Shown in pieces: positions 18,881 to 27,482 of a DNA stretch of 64,000 nt (positions are counted from its first letter, which is position 1; each line of letters starts with the position of its first letter). The translations under genes and the position numbers were made by a program. Under the pieces are notes generated by a model. The model did not search any database. It was not told the origin of the DNA and saw nothing but the letters and a program-made list of their open reading frames with translations. The DNA is from Candidatus Limivicinus sp. (GTDB lineage: Bacteria > Bacillota > Clostridia > Oscillospirales > Oscillospiraceae): NCBI GenBank assembly GCA_045586065.1, contig JAZMZR010000019.1, positions 26,337-90,336 on the forward strand, read 5' to 3'.

Positions 18881-19312
18881 TTATTCCATACTGCAGGCTT
18901 CGCAGTCGTTGATCTTGAGCTCCTCCGGGTCATAGGCTATGCCGTTTTTGTCATAGTAATCCTTGACGGCGGCTCTCACTGCCTCTTCCGCGAGGACGGA
19001 GCAGTGGATCTTGTGGGTGGGCAGTCCGTCGAGCGCCTCAACGACGGCCTGGTTTGAAAGCTTCAGCGCCTCTTCCACGGGCTTTCCCTTGATGAGTTCG
19101 GTCGCCATGGAGCTTGTCGCAATCGCGCTGCCGCAGCCGAAGGTGTTGAACTTGCAGTCGGTGATGATGCCGTCCTCTACCTTGATGTACATCCTCATGA
19201 TGTCGCCGCACTTGGCATTGCCGACTTCGCCTATGCCGTCTGCGTCATCGATCTTTCCTACGTTGCGCGGATTCTGGAAATGGTCCATTACCTTATCACT
19301 GTACAGTGCCAT
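18881..19312 (-). CDS. nifU: Fe-S cluster assembly scaffold NifU/IscU
   Basis: 143 aa with conserved GNAKCGD, FGCGSAIA and HCSVLA cysteines. Confidence 0.92.
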   Translation of the reverse strand: MALYSDKVMDHFQNPRNVGKIDDADGIGEVGNAKCGDIMRMYIKVEDGIITDCKFNTFGCGSAIATSSMATELIKGKPVEEALKLSNQAVVEALDGLPTHKIHCSVLAEEAVRAAVKDYYDKNGIAYDPEELKINDCEACSME

Positions 19313-19330
19313 GATTCTTTGCCTCCCTAA

Positions 19331-20518
19331 TTATATCAGATGCGGGCGTTCGCCCTTTTCAAGTTCATCCCAGACCGGGGACATGTTGCGCAGATATTCC
19401 ACAACTTTCGGAACGACCTCGATTATATGATCGATCTCCTCCATCTCGTTGTATTCACCGATGGAAAGTCTCAGTGATCCGTGTGCCACCTCATGCGGCA
19501 GTCCGAGTGAAAGAAGCACATGGCTGGGATCCAGAGAACCCGATGTGCAGGCGCTTCCGGAAGATGCGCAGATGCCATTGGCATCGAGCATCAGAAGAAG
19601 CGATTCGCCCTCGATCCCTTCGAAGCACATATTTACCGTACCGGGCACATGGTGCTCGAGGCTTCCGTTTATCTTGCTGTGCGGGATCTTGCTGAGTTCC
19701 GCAAAGAGCTTGTCCCTCATCGGGATGATCTTGGCGGTGTTGGCCTCCATATTGTCACAGGACTCCTTGAGTGCCGCCGCCAGCGCAACGATGCCCGCGA
19801 CGTTTTCTGTGCCCGCTCTCTTGCCGCGCTCCTGCGCTCCGCCTTCTATTATATTGAACAGCGGCATATTCCTTTTCGCATACAGAACGCCGACTCCCTT
19901 GGGGGCATGGAACTTGTGCCCGGACATGGAGAGCATGTCTATATTCATGGCCTTCACGTCGATCGGCATATGTCCGGCAGCCTGGACCGCGTCGGTGTGG
20001 AAGGGGATGCCCTTCGAGCGGCACAGTGCGCCGATCTCGGTTATCGGCTGTACCGTTCCGATCTCGTTGTTGGCGAACATGACCGTCACCAGCGCCGTGT
20101 CATCACGGATCGCGGCCTCAACATCCTCCAGCCTGACCACTCCGTCCTCGTGCACATCGAGCAGTGTTACCTCAAAGCCGTCTTTCTCAAGTCTCTTGAG
20201 TGTGTGCAGCACGGCGTGATGCTCAAATTTTGTGGAGATCAGGTGCATCTTGCCCTTGCGCTTTCCCACCAGCGCGGCGGAGACGATCGCCTGGTTGTCA
20301 GCCTCGCTGCCTCCGGATGTGAAGTAGATCTCCCTCGGCTCCGCGTTGATCAGCTCTGCGACGGTCTTCCTCGCTTCCGCGACGCCCTCGGTGACCTTCT
20401 GGGCGAAGCTGTAAAGGCTGGAGGGATTGCCATACATCTCGGTGAGGTAAGGCATCATCGCGTCAAGCGCGGTCTTGCTCACAGAAGTGGTCGCGGCGTT
20501 ATCTGCGTAAACAAACAT
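19331..20518 (-). CDS. nifS: Cysteine desulfurase NifS
   Basis: 395 aa with PLP lysine motif SMSGHKFHAPKG and active-site loop SSGSACTS. Confidence 0.95.
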   Translation of the reverse strand: MFVYADNAATTSVSKTALDAMMPYLTEMYGNPSSLYSFAQKVTEGVAEARKTVAELINAEPREIYFTSGGSEADNQAIVSAALVGKRKGKMHLISTKFEHHAVLHTLKRLEKDGFEVTLLDVHEDGVVRLEDVEAAIRDDTALVTVMFANNEIGTVQPITEIGALCRSKGIPFHTDAVQAAGHMPIDVKAMNIDMLSMSGHKFHAPKGVGVLYAKRNMPLFNIIEGGAQERGKRAGTENVAGIVALAAALKESCDNMEANTAKIIPMRDKLFAELSKIPHSKINGSLEHHVPGTVNMCFEGIEGESLLLMLDANGICASSGSACTSGSLDPSHVLLSLGLPHEVAHGSLRLSIGEYNEMEEIDHIIEVVPKVVEYLRNMSPVWDELEKGERPHLI

Positions 20519-20551
20519 TTCGTACTGTCCTTTCTTTCTATCTGTATCCTT

Positions 20552-20971
20552 TTATGAATTCCATTTTTTTCCGGTTATGAGGTCATCGAGCGTTACCTTG
20601 TCGAGGTAGTCATTGACAAGATCGTCAAGTTCCTTCCACATCGGAAGCGTAAGGCACGCTCCCGCTTTCTCGCAGTCGACGCTGCCTTCTTTGATGCACG
20701 CCACCGGCGAGAGAGTGTCCTCCGTGCAGCGCAGGATCTCTCCGACGGAACACGCATCGGCTTTTCCGGCGAGTCTGTATCCGCCCTCCTTGCCTCTCGT
20801 GCTCTCCACGAGTCCCGCCTTTTTCAGGCACCCGACTATCATCTCCAGATATTTCATGGATACATTCTGCCGTTCGGCTATGGTCTTCAGGGAAATATAG
20901 CCGTCGTCGGGATGCTGGGCAAGATCCGTCATCACCCTAAGCGCATATCTACCTTTGCTCGTGATATTCAA
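20552..20971 (-). CDS. Rrf2-family transcriptional regulator (IscR/CymR-like)
   Basis: 139 aa with an N-terminal wHTH (SKGRYALRVMTDLA). TTG start with an AGGAG SD. It heads the nifS-nifU operon. Confidence 0.9.
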   Translation of the reverse strand: MNITSKGRYALRVMTDLAQHPDDGYISLKTIAERQNVSMKYLEMIVGCLKKAGLVESTRGKEGGYRLAGKADACSVGEILRCTEDTLSPVACIKEGSVDCEKAGACLTLPMWKELDDLVNDYLDKVTLDDLITGKKWNS

Positions 20972-20981
20972 GGCCAGCTCC

Positions 20982-21035
20982 TAATTCCTACTGTTTTTCT
21001 GTGGATTCAATATACCACAAAAAAAGTAGGAATTA
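20982..21035. promoter_or_regulatory. 11-bp perfect inverted repeat, candidate Rrf2 operator pair
   Basis: taattcctact (20982-20992) and agtaggaatta (21025-21035) lie in the divergent intergenic region. The left arm abuts the SD of the Rrf2 gene. Confidence 0.45.
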
Positions 21036-21157
21036 AAGTGTCTGTGTTTCCGTTGTTGTGCAAAAAATGCACAATGCCTCTGCAAGCTTTTGTTTACTTT
21101 AGCTCGCTAATGTGTTATCTTGTCAAAGTAATCTTTTGTTTTTTACGGAGGAACAAA

Positions 21158-21946
21158 ATGAAAAAGATATTAAGTCTGGTCCTTGTTTTAGCTATGGTCT
21201 TCGCGCTGTGCGCCTGCGGAAAGAGCGCTCCTGCTGAGAAGAAGAAATTCATCATGGGCATCGACCCCGAGTATCCCCCCTTCAGCTATCTCGGTGAAGA
21301 CGGCAGCTACACGGGATTCGATGTTGAGATCTGCAAAGCAGCCTGCGATCTTCTCGGCTGGGATATGGAGATCTTCGCAGTCAACTGGGATGAGAAGCTC
21401 GTCCAGCTCGATTCGATGGAATGCGACTGCGTGTGGTCCGGCATGACAATCCTCGACAGCATGACCGAAGCCGGCTATGTGATCTCCAAACCCTATTTCG
21501 ACAACACCCAGGTCCTTATGGTAAAGGCCGACAGCGGTTATACGAGCTCTGCTGATCTTGCCGGCAAAGTCGTCGCGGTCCAGCTCGGTACTTCCGGCGA
21601 GGCGCTTCTGAACGGCGATCTTGCAGACCTCGCCTCTTCCTTTGAAAGCGTCATGACCTGCGACAGCTTCCTCAAGTGCTTCACGGAGCTTGCCGGCAAC
21701 GCGGCCGATGCTGTATTTGTTGACCTCCCGGTCGCTTCCGCTTATGCGGCCGAGCACGAAGGATTCCTGATCATCAACGAGAATCTCGGTGCCGAGCAGT
21801 ACGGGATCGCTTTCCGTTCCGGCGACAAGGAACTGTGCGCCAGTATTGAAGGCGCGGTAGCCGAGCTCGTGAAAAACGGCACTTACGCCGAGATCGCCGC
21901 GAAATATCCGGATATCGTCAACAATCTGCTTTTCCTTAACGGCTGA
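21158..21946 (+). CDS. Polar amino acid ABC transporter substrate-binding lipoprotein
   Basis: 262 aa from ATG 21158 with a GGAGGA SD. Lipobox LCACG and an SBP family-3 pattern. The track's upstream extension lacks coding character. Confidence 0.9.
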   Translation: MKKILSLVLVLAMVFALCACGKSAPAEKKKFIMGIDPEYPPFSYLGEDGSYTGFDVEICKAACDLLGWDMEIFAVNWDEKLVQLDSMECDCVWSGMTILDSMTEAGYVISKPYFDNTQVLMVKADSGYTSSADLAGKVVAVQLGTSGEALLNGDLADLASSFESVMTCDSFLKCFTELAGNAADAVFVDLPVASAYAAEHEGFLIINENLGAEQYGIAFRSGDKELCASIEGAVAELVKNGTYAEIAAKYPDIVNNLLFLNG

Positions 21947-21970
21947 TCCCGCCGCAAAACACAACAAATG

Positions 21971-22010
21971 CCCGAAAGCGCATTCTCATGCGCTTTCGGG
22001 AACTTCTGTT
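21971..22010 (+). terminator. Intra-operon hairpin after the SBP gene
   Basis: The 12-bp perfect stem cccgaaagcgca / tgcgctttcggg is followed by a T-rich stretch. Confidence 0.5.
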
Positions 22011-22033
22011 TTTAAGGAAATGAGGTCTTTTTC

Positions 22034-22681
22034 ATGTCGTTGATGACAATGATATTAAAGATGAGCGAAGGTCTCGGAAAGACCTGCGCCATCTTTTTTC
22101 TGACCCTGCTGTTTTCTCTGCCGCTGGGCATGATCGTTGCTCTGCTTCGCATGAGCAAAAACAGGGTCGTTTCCTCCGTCACACGTTTCTTCATATCCGT
22201 TCTGCGCGGCACACCTCTGATGCTGCAGCTGCTCGCCGTGACCTACGGTCCGTACTATCTGTTTGGGACAAATGTGGCAAGGAATAAGCTCATACCTGTG
22301 GTCATTGCCTTTTCGATAAACTATGCGGCATATTTTGCCGAGATATACAGGGGAGGGATCGAATCCATCTCCGCAGGGCAGTATGAAGCGGCGGAAGTTT
22401 TAGGATATTCCAAGTTTCAGACGTTTATGCGCATCATACTCCCTCAGGTGATCAAGCGCATTATGCCGAGCATCACCAACGAAGTGGTCACCCTTGTCAA
22501 GGACACTTCCCTGGCATACACCGTCTCTTATGTGGAGATGTTCACCCTGGGCAAGCAAATCGCGAATTCGGAAACGAGCTTCACGCCTTTTATAGTGGCG
22601 GGCGTTTTCTATTATGTTTTCAATGCCGTGGTGGACTATGTGATGGGCCGCATCGAGAAGAGACTCGATTATTACCGGTAA
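22034..22681 (+). CDS. Amino acid ABC transporter permease
   Basis: 215 aa with the His/Glu/Gln/Arg-type permease pattern, including an EAA-like loop ([20 protein letters not shown]). Confidence 0.92.
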   Translation: MSLMTMILKMSEGLGKTCAIFFLTLLFSLPLGMIVALLRMSKNRVVSSVTRFFISVLRGTPLMLQLLAVTYGPYYLFGTNVARNKLIPVVIAFSINYAAYFAEIYRGGIESISAGQYEAAEVLGYSKFQTFMRIILPQVIKRIMPSITNEVVTLVKDTSLAYTVSYVEMFTLGKQIANSETSFTPFIVAGVFYYVFNAVVDYVMGRIEKRLDYYR

Positions 22682-22697
22682 GGGGGTGCTGCAGAGA

Positions 22698-23480
22698 ATG
22701 TCGGATAATAACTCTTTCGAGATACAGAACGCATTTCCGAGCATACTTGAGATACGCGGCCTGCAGAAATCCTTCTCATCGCTTTCCGTGCTCAAGGATA
22801 TCTCCCTCTCCGTGGACCGCGGCAACGTGATGTCCATCATCGGTCCCTCCGGTTCGGGAAAATCCACTCTTCTGCGCTGCGCTTCCTTCCTCGAGACAGC
22901 GGACGGAGGGGATATCCTCTACGACGGTCAGTATGCCGTGCATGACGGGATCTATGCCCCGAAGGCCGCTCTGAACGGTTTCCGGACCCGCTTCGGACTG
23001 GTGTTCCAGAACTTCAATCTCTTCCCGCATTATTCGGTGCTGCGGAATATCAGCGAAGCTCCGATCCTCCACGGGCAGAACAAAGAAGAGGTCCGCGAGC
23101 GTGCGATGCAGCTGCTGAAGAAAATGGGCCTCGAGGGCAAGGAGAATTCCTATCCCTGCCAGCTCTCCGGAGGCCAGCAGCAGCGTGTGGCCATTGCCAG
23201 GGCTCTCGCCATGCAGCCGGAGATCCTGTACTTTGACGAGCCTACTTCCGCACTCGATCCCGAGCTCACCGGAGAAGTCCTGAAGGTCATCCGTCAGCTT
23301 GCGGATGAAAACATGACCATGGTCATCGTGACCCACGAAATGGCTTTTGCGAGAGCCGTCTCGGAATGGGTGATATTCATGGACGGCGGAGTCATCGTTG
23401 AAGAGGGCGAGCCGGAACGCCTATTCGGAGACCCTGTCCAGGAGAGGACCCGCCAGTTCCTGCGGAATTATCAGCAATGA
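22698..23480 (+). CDS. Amino acid ABC transporter ATP-binding protein
   Basis: About 260 aa with Walker [25 protein letters not shown] and Walker B ILYFDEP. The start is uncertain: ATG 22698 or GTG 22686. Confidence 0.93.
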   Translation: MSDNNSFEIQNAFPSILEIRGLQKSFSSLSVLKDISLSVDRGNVMSIIGPSGSGKSTLLRCASFLETADGGDILYDGQYAVHDGIYAPKAALNGFRTRFGLVFQNFNLFPHYSVLRNISEAPILHGQNKEEVRERAMQLLKKMGLEGKENSYPCQLSGGQQQRVAIARALAMQPEILYFDEPTSALDPELTGEVLKVIRQLADENMTMVIVTHEMAFARAVSEWVIFMDGGVIVEEGEPERLFGDPVQERTRQFLRNYQQ

Positions 23481-24262
23481 ATAAAACGCGAGTCGATTAC
23501 TGCTATGCCGATCCCGCCGGAAACATCACCATTCTTGTTGAAACTCCTTTCCCGGTATCTGACTATCCTGAAACAGCGTCCAGACTGCTTTCCGCAGAGC
23601 CGTCCGCAGAGCAGGTCGGTTTTATAGAGGGCATTTCCCGCTCCGGGATCTCTCTTCGGATGGCCGGAGGAGAATTCTGTGGCAATGCCGCATTCTCCGC
23701 TGCGGCACTGGCAGCGATGAAGGCCGGAGCAGACGAAGGGGCCTTCTCCGTTGATTTCTTTGGAGTGGACAAGCCTCTCTCTTCCTCGATCAAACGGATC
23801 TCGGAAGGGAGTTATGCCGGGAAGATCGGGATGCCGCTGCCGGAAGAGATCTCCGGCCGGCAATTCCGCTTTCAGGGGACGGACATGTTTCTCCCCGTCG
23901 TGCGCTTTCCGGGAATAAGCCATATCATATGCGCAGAAATCCTGGATCCGGCTTTTGCCGAAGCCGCGCTGAAGCAGTGGTGCTCCGTGCTCGGAGCTCC
24001 TGCCGCGGGGATCATGCAGCTCGATCAGGAGAAGATGTCCCTTGTTCCTCTTGTCTATGTTCCCGCAGCAGACACGCTCTTCTGGGAACGCTCCTGCGCC
24101 AGCGGCACCTGTGCCGCCGCGGTATGGCTGTCCGCAAGCACCGGAAGTTACGGCACATACAGCTTCATCGAGCCGGGCGGTGAGCTCGGAGCCGAAACGG
24201 GCAGCGATTTCATCAATCTGCTCGATTCCGTCACGTTGTCCGTCCGGTCGGCCGAAATATGA
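23477..24262 (+). CDS. Diaminopimelate-epimerase-fold (PLP-independent racemase/epimerase-like) protein
   Basis: 261 aa. The ATG overlaps the ATPase TGA (ATGA). Both halves keep a DapF-type cysteine context: GGEFCGNAA and [12 protein letters not shown]. Confidence 0.65.
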   Translation: MNKTRVDYCYADPAGNITILVETPFPVSDYPETASRLLSAEPSAEQVGFIEGISRSGISLRMAGGEFCGNAAFSAAALAAMKAGADEGAFSVDFFGVDKPLSSSIKRISEGSYAGKIGMPLPEEISGRQFRFQGTDMFLPVVRFPGISHIICAEILDPAFAEAALKQWCSVLGAPAAGIMQLDQEKMSLVPLVYVPAADTLFWERSCASGTCAAAVWLSASTGSYGTYSFIEPGGELGAETGSDFINLLDSVTLSVRSAEI

Positions 24263-24273
24263 ATATACAACAA

Positions 24274-24307
24274 GCAAAGGCAGGGCCATCCCTGCCTTTG
24301 CTTTTTT
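24274..24307. terminator. Bidirectional intrinsic terminator
   Basis: The 12-bp perfect stem gcaaaggcaggg / ccctgcctttgc has loop ccat and is followed by T6. Confidence 0.8.
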
Positions 24308-24316
24308 ATGACAGCA

Positions 24317-25543
24317 TCATCTGATCTGTCTGCATTCCAGATAATAGCGCTTTTCTCTCGCGCTGCCGATCGAGAAGCACTTTTGGGGGAACAGTTCTTT
24401 CCGTTTCACCGTGTCGAAGATCTCCTCCTTCTCCACGGCAGGCAGCAGAATATACGCACTGCCCGGCCTGCTCCCCATCGCAACGGCCGTCTCGTCGTCG
24501 TGGATATAGTCCACCTCTCCGCCGTGCTCCTTCAGATACTCCGCGATCATCCTGTCGGTCTCGTCTACGATCTGCCCCACAGAAAGCCCGGATATGCCTA
24601 TCGTGCGTTCACCCGCAGCAGATCCCGCTCGGAGAAGATGCTCCCTTCCGCTCCCGCTGAAAGCGGCAAAATGCTCTCCGACGAACGCCGTGAAATCCGA
24701 AACATCCGATCCGCTTATCACTCTGTGTATGGGTTCGATGCGAATGCCGCTGTCATAGATGTTCACGAGCTCCGCAAGAGCATATCTTGCAGGGTGTGTT
24801 TCCGCTTTGGCGTCCGTCAGCCCTGCCTTTATCCGCTCCCAGAAGAGCTTTGCCGTGGCGAGAGAGTGGTTCCCGTCGCCCATGGCGAGCGCTCCGGCAC
24901 CTTCCGCGGAAACCAGATCGTTCAGTTCCCGCTCCGTCTCCGCGGCTTTTTCTCCGCTTACCGACCAGCCCTTTATATGGCCGCCGCTCTGCATGAGCTC
25001 AAAATCGTATTCTTTTTTCAGTTCAGGCTTCCGGTCACGAAGCTGCCCGGCGATATGGTCCGAAGGATCTTTGTAGAAAATGAGCACATGCGGCATCTCA
25101 AGGACCGCGTTTTCCTTGATCTCGATCCTTTTATATAGTCTCTCTTCCACCGTTCGCTCAGTCGCCTTGATCGCCGCTTCCTTTTCGGGTTTGTATTCAT
25201 ATTCCTCAAGATCGACAGCCGCGACTATCCCGTGCCGGACCGTGCCGTCTTCAAGTTCTCTTTCAATATACATGAATGCGTTGGGCAGCTTCCTGAAAAG
25301 ACCGCTGTCCAGATAGTTTTTCATGTATCCGGATATCCGCTCACGCGCACTCTCCGCCTCCGGGGTCCCCATCAGGGCCTCGGGCAGTATCATGTTGAGC
25401 GTGGACGGCGCATCCCCGACTGTTTTGCGGGTCTCGTCCCAGTAAGCTCTGTCGGACGTGAACTGATCGCACGCTATCACGCTCCACCTGCTCATATCCC
25501 CGGTATCCGGCAAAAGTATATCCGCCGCCTTTATCGTCTTCAT
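24317..25543 (-). CDS. Conserved hypothetical protein, DUF1015-like
   Basis: 408 aa from ATG 25543. N-terminal WSVIACDQFTS ... STLNMILPE resembles the Firmicute DUF1015 subgroup. This is recognition from memory only. Confidence 0.55.
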   Translation of the reverse strand: MKTIKAADILLPDTGDMSRWSVIACDQFTSDRAYWDETRKTVGDAPSTLNMILPEALMGTPEAESARERISGYMKNYLDSGLFRKLPNAFMYIERELEDGTVRHGIVAAVDLEEYEYKPEKEAAIKATERTVEERLYKRIEIKENAVLEMPHVLIFYKDPSDHIAGQLRDRKPELKKEYDFELMQSGGHIKGWSVSGEKAAETERELNDLVSAEGAGALAMGDGNHSLATAKLFWERIKAGLTDAKAETHPARYALAELVNIYDSGIRIEPIHRVISGSDVSDFTAFVGEHFAAFSGSGREHLLRAGSAAGERTIGISGLSVGQIVDETDRMIAEYLKEHGGEVDYIHDDETAVAMGSRPGSAYILLPAVEKEEIFDTVKRKELFPQKCFSIGSAREKRYYLECRQIR

Positions 25544-25607
25544 TCTCCGATCTCCGTTCATGAACCTTGTAAAGAAGATTATACTCCCGACCCCTCAGGT
25601 GACGCAA

Positions 25608-25644
25608 CAGAAACAGCAGCCGGTGCACGGTGCAACGGCTGCTG
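25608..25644 (-). terminator. Hairpin after the TIM-barrel gene
   Basis: The stem cagcagccg / cggctgctg is followed by TTTCTGTTG on the minus strand. Confidence 0.45.
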
Positions 25645-25659
25645 CCTCATGATACAGGT

Positions 25660-26664
25660 TCAGTATTTCTCCCAGTAACGGTCGAGCATGGCAATATGCC
25701 GCCTGATCTGCTCGGCGTCATCGGGATCGGTCCCCTCATATTCGGAAGCGATATATCCGGTATAGTTCTCTTCCTTCATGATGCGCACATAGTTTTCAAA
25801 GTCTATGCCGGGACAGTTGCAGTTTTCATCCATGTAATAGAATTTCCCGTGCATATACTTGGAGTACTTGAGCAGCCTGCGGAAGCCTTCGTAGTCCGGA
25901 TGTGTCCTCCAGTACGGTGTTCCGAATTTCGCGGTATACGGATCGATGGAGAACAGCAGCTTTCTTGCAGCATACTCGTCCGCCTCGTCTCCGCCTTCCG
26001 CGTAGATCATCTTCACGAGCTCCTCCTCCGGGATCTCGGTCGTGGCATAAAGATGATTGATCTTATTCAGCAGTTCCTTATGGACGACACCATCGGGGAT
26101 CGGCGCGAGCACGTTGCCCGGTGCTCCCGATGCAAAGGCCGAAAAGTCCATCACGATGCCGAGATATTCGGAATTCTTCCTCTCAAACAGCTCGTAATAC
26201 TCCTGAAAGATCGGGGTGGTCGGACAATATGGTCCGTGCAGTTCTATGGCAAGATGGATGCCGAGCTCCTCGGCATAAGGCAGCAGCTTCTCCATCGTCG
26301 TCGGAAGCAGGGCGTCCTGACTGCGGACCACCTTAAAGCCCATGTACTTGGCAAATTCCATGCTCGCGACGGCGTCGGTCATGCGTTCCGCCTCGCGTGT
26401 GAATCTGCCCTTGTGTTTGCCGCTGTCCACATAGATGCTGTAGCACACGGGATCCAGCTCGTGTTCCGCACACAGATCCTTGAACGCGTCCATCCATCTG
26501 ACGGAGGGATTCGGATGACCCTGCACCATCTGCGGGGCAACGATCTCTATTCCGTCGCAGCCGATGTCTCTCGCTTTCCGCAGCACATCCTCGAGCGTCG
26601 CGCTGCCATGGACATAGGATCCGCCGAATCCGTAAAGTGTAATGCCGTGTTTCAGTCTGCTCAT
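25660..26664 (-). CDS. Xylose-isomerase-like TIM-barrel protein (sugar phosphate isomerase/epimerase family); candidate C-glycoside deglycosidase large subunit
   Basis: 334 aa from ATG 26664, with GAGGAGG 5 nt upstream, inside the end of the preceding ORF. The pattern is AP-endonuclease-2/TIM-barrel (GCDGIEI ... HLAIELH ... GYIASEYEG). Confidence 0.85.
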   Translation of the reverse strand: MSRLKHGITLYGFGGSYVHGSATLEDVLRKARDIGCDGIEIVAPQMVQGHPNPSVRWMDAFKDLCAEHELDPVCYSIYVDSGKHKGRFTREAERMTDAVASMEFAKYMGFKVVRSQDALLPTTMEKLLPYAEELGIHLAIELHGPYCPTTPIFQEYYELFERKNSEYLGIVMDFSAFASGAPGNVLAPIPDGVVHKELLNKINHLYATTEIPEEELVKMIYAEGGDEADEYAARKLLFSIDPYTAKFGTPYWRTHPDYEGFRRLLKYSKYMHGKFYYMDENCNCPGIDFENYVRIMKEENYTGYIASEYEGTDPDDAEQIRRHIAMLDRYWEKY

Positions 26665-26666
26665 GA

Positions 26667-27167
26667 TCACACCTCCTCTATTCTGCAGATGATGGTCTGT
26701 CTTCCTATTGCCGGATGCTGGAACTCAAGAGCTTTCTCCGCGTAGCCTTCCTCTGCTTCGCCGAAGGAATGCCCGAAATCATTCCTCTTGCTGATCTCTA
26801 TCTCCAATGTGTGTTCACCTGCTCCGAGTCCGCCCACCTTGTTCACGATCACCCAGAGTTCGTCCTTCGCGGCCCAGAAAACATCCGTGTTGTTCCCGGT
26901 CTCGTCCACGTTGCAGAGGAAATCCCTGAGCTGGATGCTCATATCGTTGTGGGACACCTCTTCCCCGTCCACCTTGAGGCTGATATTCTCCAGTGTCGAG
27001 ATCCACACGCCGCGGTAGCTCAGGTTGTTCAGTTTGAACATATACCCGGTGCGGCATCCGCAGATGACCTTGTTTTTCAGGGACCCTTCCCCGATGATGT
27101 CATTGGTCATGAATTCGCCGTGACCCATCGCCGCATCGATCGCGGCGATCCTTTCCTCTATGGTCAT
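26667..27167 (-). CDS. Small partner subunit, DUF6379 / C-glycoside deglycosidase beta-subunit-like
   Basis: 166 aa. The stop lies 2 nt before the TIM-barrel ATG. It carries the pattern LSYRGVWIS ... LKVDGEEV ... GGLGAGEHTLEIEIS. The family call is from memory, not a search. Confidence 0.55.
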   Translation of the reverse strand: MTIEERIAAIDAAMGHGEFMTNDIIGEGSLKNKVICGCRTGYMFKLNNLSYRGVWISTLENISLKVDGEEVSHNDMSIQLRDFLCNVDETGNNTDVFWAAKDELWVIVNKVGGLGAGEHTLEIEISKRNDFGHSFGEAEEGYAEKALEFQHPAIGRQTIICRIEEV

Positions 27168-27482
27168 ACCCGTTTTCTTCCTCCTTCTGTGTATGTTTTT
27201 TCAATACTTATTGTATATGTCGCAGTATATTGATTATACTTTGGATCCTCTCTCTTTTCAAGCGTCAAAGGGTCGCTCTCCCGCTCTTTTTTGTACTATA
27301 ATCACAAAAATGTCCGAACCATGGCCTCCTGCCTTTGGATGATCCATGCAAAATCTCAGCATGATTTTGAAAAAAAAGACAGGATTGTCCTATGGCGTTT
27401 TCTGCGCCTGTTTTGTAAAATATTTATTAAGAGAACAGCAAAAGATCTGTTCAACTCAAAATCATCACAGGAGGAAAAGAAA

